A stretch of DNA of 64,000 bases from contig OZ024743.1 in the NCBI GenBank assembly GCA_964016885.1, positions 95,852,001 through 95,916,000 on the forward strand, given 5' to 3'. This DNA comes from Eledone cirrhosa. Its lineage: Eukaryota. Numbering within the stretch: the first letter of the stretch is position 1; each line of letters starts with the position of its first letter. Both the position numbers and the translations under genes were made by a program. This document shows positions 61,501 to 64,000 of this stretch, piece by piece. Below the pieces are notes generated by a model. That model was not told the origin of the DNA, searched no databases, and was given only the letters and a program-made list of their open reading frames with translations.

Positions 61501-64000
61501 ATAGAGAAGGAAGGAATGGAAAGGCGTAGGAAGTGATAGAGAAGGAAGGAATAGAAAGGCGTAGGAAGAGATAGAGAAGCAGGGAAGGGAAAGGCATAGG
61601 AAGAGATAGAGAAGGAAGGAATAGAAAGGTGTAGGAAGAGATAGAGAAGGAAGGAATGGAAAGGTGTAGGAAGAGATAGAGAAGGAAGGAATGGAAAGGC
61701 GTAGGAGGAGATAGAGAAGGAAGGAATAGAAAGGCGTAGGAAGAGATAGAGAAGGAAGGAATGGAAAGGCGTAGGAAGAGATAGAGAAGGAAGGAATGGA
61801 AAGGCATAGGAAGAGATAGAGAAGGAAGGAATAGAAAGGTGTAGGAAGAGATAGAGAAGGAAGGAATAGAAAGGCGTAGGAAGAGATAGAGGAGGAAGGA
61901 ATGGAAAGGAGTAGGAAGAGATAGCGAAGGAAGGAATAGAAAGGGGTAGGAAGAGATAGAGAAGGAAGTAATGGAAAGGCGTAGGAAGAGATAGAGAAGG
62001 AAGGAATGGATAGGTGTAGGAAGAGATAGAGAAGGAAGGAATGGAAAGGCGTAGGAAGAGATAGAGAAGGAGGAATAGAAAGGCGTAGGAAGAGATAGAG
62101 AAGGAAGGAATGGAAAGGCGTAGGATGAGATAGAGAAGGAGGAATAGAAAGGCGTAGGAAGAGATAGAGAAGGAAGGAATGGAAAGGTGTAGGAAGAGTT
62201 AGAGAAGGAAGGAATGGAAAGGCGTAGGAAGAGATAGAGAAGGAAGGAATGGAAAGGTGTAGGAAAAGATAGAGAAGGAGGAATAGAAAGGCGTAGGAAG
62301 AGATAGAGAAGGAAGGAATAGAAAGGCGTAGGAAGAGATAGAGAAGGAAGGAATAGAACAGTGTAGGAAGAGATAGAGAAGGAAGGAATAGAAAGGCGTA
62401 GGAAGAGATAGAGAAGGAAGGAATGGAAAGGCGAAGGAAGAGATAGAGAAGGAAGGAATAGAAAGGCGTAGGAAGAGATAGAGAAGCAAGGAATGGAAAG
62501 GCTTAGGAAGAGATAGAGAAGGAAGGAATAGAAAGGCGTAGGAAGAGATAGAGAAGGAAGGAATGGAAAGGTGTAGGAAGAGATAGAGAAGGAAGGAATA
62601 GAAAGGTGTAGGAAGAGATAGAGAAGGAAGGAATGGAAAGGCTTAGGAAGAGATAGAGAAGGAAGGAATAGAAAGGTGTTGGAAGAGATAGAGAAGGAAG
62701 GAATGGAAAGGCGTAGAAAGAGATAGAGAAGGAGGAATAGAAAGGCGTAGGAAGAGATAGTGAAGGAAGGAATGGTAAGGTGTAGGAAGAGTTAGAGAAG
62801 GAAGGAATGGAAAGGCGTAGTAAAAGATATAGAAGGAAGGAATAGAAAGGCGTAGGAAGAGATACAGAAGGAAGTAATAGAAAGGCGTAGGAAGAGATAG
62901 AGAAGGAAAGAATAGAACAGCGTAGGAAGAGATAGAGAAGGAAGGAAGAGAAAGGCGTAGGAAGAGATAGAGAAGGAAGGAATAGAAATGTGTAGGAAGA
63001 GATAGAGAAGGAAGGAATGGAAAGGCGTAGGAAGAGATAGAAAAGGAAGGAATGGAAAGGTGTAGGAAGAGATAGAGAAGGAAGGAATGGAAAGGCGTAG
63101 GAAGAGATAGAAAAGGAAGGAATGGAAAGGCTTAGGAAGAGATAGAGAAGGAAGGAATGGAAAGGTGTAGGAAGAGTTAGAGAAGGAAGGAATGGAAAGG
63201 CGTAGGAAGAGATAGAGAAGGAAGGAATGGAAAGGCGTAGGAAAAGATAGAGAAGGAGGAATAGAAAGGCGTAGGAAGAGATAGAGAAGGAAGGAATAGA
63301 AAGGCGTAGGAAGAGATAGAGAAGGAAGGAATAGAACAGTGTAGGAAGAGATAGAGAAGGAAGGAATAGAAAGGCGAAGGAAGAGATAGAAAAGGAAGGA
63401 ATAGAAAGGTGTAGGAAGAGATAGAGAAGGAAGGAATGGAAAGGCGTAGGAAGAGATAGGGAAGGAGGAATAGAAAGGCGTAGGAAGAGATAGAGAAGCA
63501 AGGAATGGAAAGGCGTAGGAAGAGATAGAGAAGCAAGGAGTGGAAAGGCTTAGGAAGAGATAGAGAAGGAAGGAATAGAAAGGCGTAGGAAGAGATAGAG
63601 AAGCAAGGAGTGGAAAGGCTTAGGAAGAGATAGAGAAGGAAGGAATAGAAAGGCGTAGGAAGAGATAGAGAAGGAAGGAATGGAAAGGTGTAGGAAGAGA
63701 TAGAGAAGGAAGGAATAGAAAGGTGTAGGAAGAGATAGAGAAGGAAGGAATGGAAAGGCGTAGGAAGAGATAGAGAAGGCTGAATAGAAAGGCGTAGGAA
63801 GAGATGGTGAAGGAAGGAATGGAAAGGTGTAGGAAGAGTTAGAGAAGGAAGGAATGGAAAGGCGTAGGAAGAGATAGAGAAGGAAGGAATGGAAAGGCGT
63901 AGGAAGAGATAGAGAAGGAGGAATAGAAAGGCTTAGGAAGAGATAGAGAAGGAAGGAATGGAAAGGTGTAGGAAGAGTTAGAGAAGGAAGGAATGGAAAG
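57800..64000 (+). repeat. Approximately 3.2-3.3 kb tandem duplication at the right end
   Basis: ORF sets 58919/59223/59897 and 62199/62503/63177 share an offset of exactly 3280. The GTATAGGAAGAGTTAG marker at 57873/61084 and AACTGCC at 58206/61417 have offset 3211. Confidence 0.9.

Larger units (their letters stand above)
1..64000 (+). repeat. 35-bp purine-rich tandem satellite array (about 1,830 monomers, head-to-tail, one orientation, runs off both window ends)
   Basis: ATAGAAAGGCGTAGGAAGAGATAGAGAAGGAAGGA recurs at 1, 36, 71, 106 and onward to the end. Consensus composition is 17 A, 14 G, 3 T, 1 C. Common variants: ATAGA/ATGGA, GGCGT/GGTGT/GGCAT/GGCTT, and a 34-bp form (GAAGGAGGAAT). Confidence 0.99.

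Noticed and set aside
2941-63536. Dozens of long minus-strand ORFs (up to 1267 aa) that look like hydrophobic membrane proteins
   Set aside because: They overlap in all three frames with the same peptide. The 35-bp period and the 34-bp variants do not respect codons, the starts are sporadic CAA/CAT variants on the + strand, and there is no non-repeat domain.
1-64000. CRISPR array (35 bp is in the CRISPR repeat size range)
   Set aside because: Repeats abut directly with no unique spacers, no palindrome, no leader and no cas genes.
1-64000. Telomerase-made telomeric repeat (G-rich strand bias, GTAGG and TTAGG pentamers)
   Set aside because: TTAGG is only a minority variant and never tandem. 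Inherited kb-scale variant patterns indicate recombinational copying rather than templated addition. A recombination-maintained terminal satellite cannot be excluded without chromosomal position.
1-64000. Variant order as a deliberate information code or a diversity-generating cassette system
   Set aside because: The patterns are explained by nested duplication plus CpG-type mutation. No recombinase, reverse transcriptase, expression site or target gene is present in the window.
1-64000. Transposon insertions, inversions, hairpins, terminators, tRNA or rRNA
   Set aside because: No pyrimidine-rich or non-repeat segment was seen on the + strand. A strand that is 89% purine cannot form substantial stems.

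Overview
The whole 64 kb window is one uninterrupted, single-orientation tandem satellite array with no unique sequence. The monomer is 35 bp (consensus ATAGAAAGGCGTAGGAAGAGATAGAGAAGGAAGGA; 31 of 35 bases are purines on the + strand, 43% GC), in roughly 1,830 copies. I see no credible gene, RNA gene, mobile element or CRISPR array. The long minus-strand ORFs are a by-product of the repeat: the consensus minus strand has no stop codon, and all three frames give the same 35-aa periodic peptide. The informative signal is in the repeat architecture: a 10-bp TAG-phased substructure, mutations concentrated at the single CpG, and rare variants that reveal nested duplications from 70 bp to about 7 kb and regional subfamily domains. 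The pattern fits eukaryotic heterochromatic satellite DNA, but I do not recognise the family or the species. I cannot support a claim of a new protein-coding system. Marker positions and offsets were read by eye and cross-checked against the ORF track; block boundaries are approximate.
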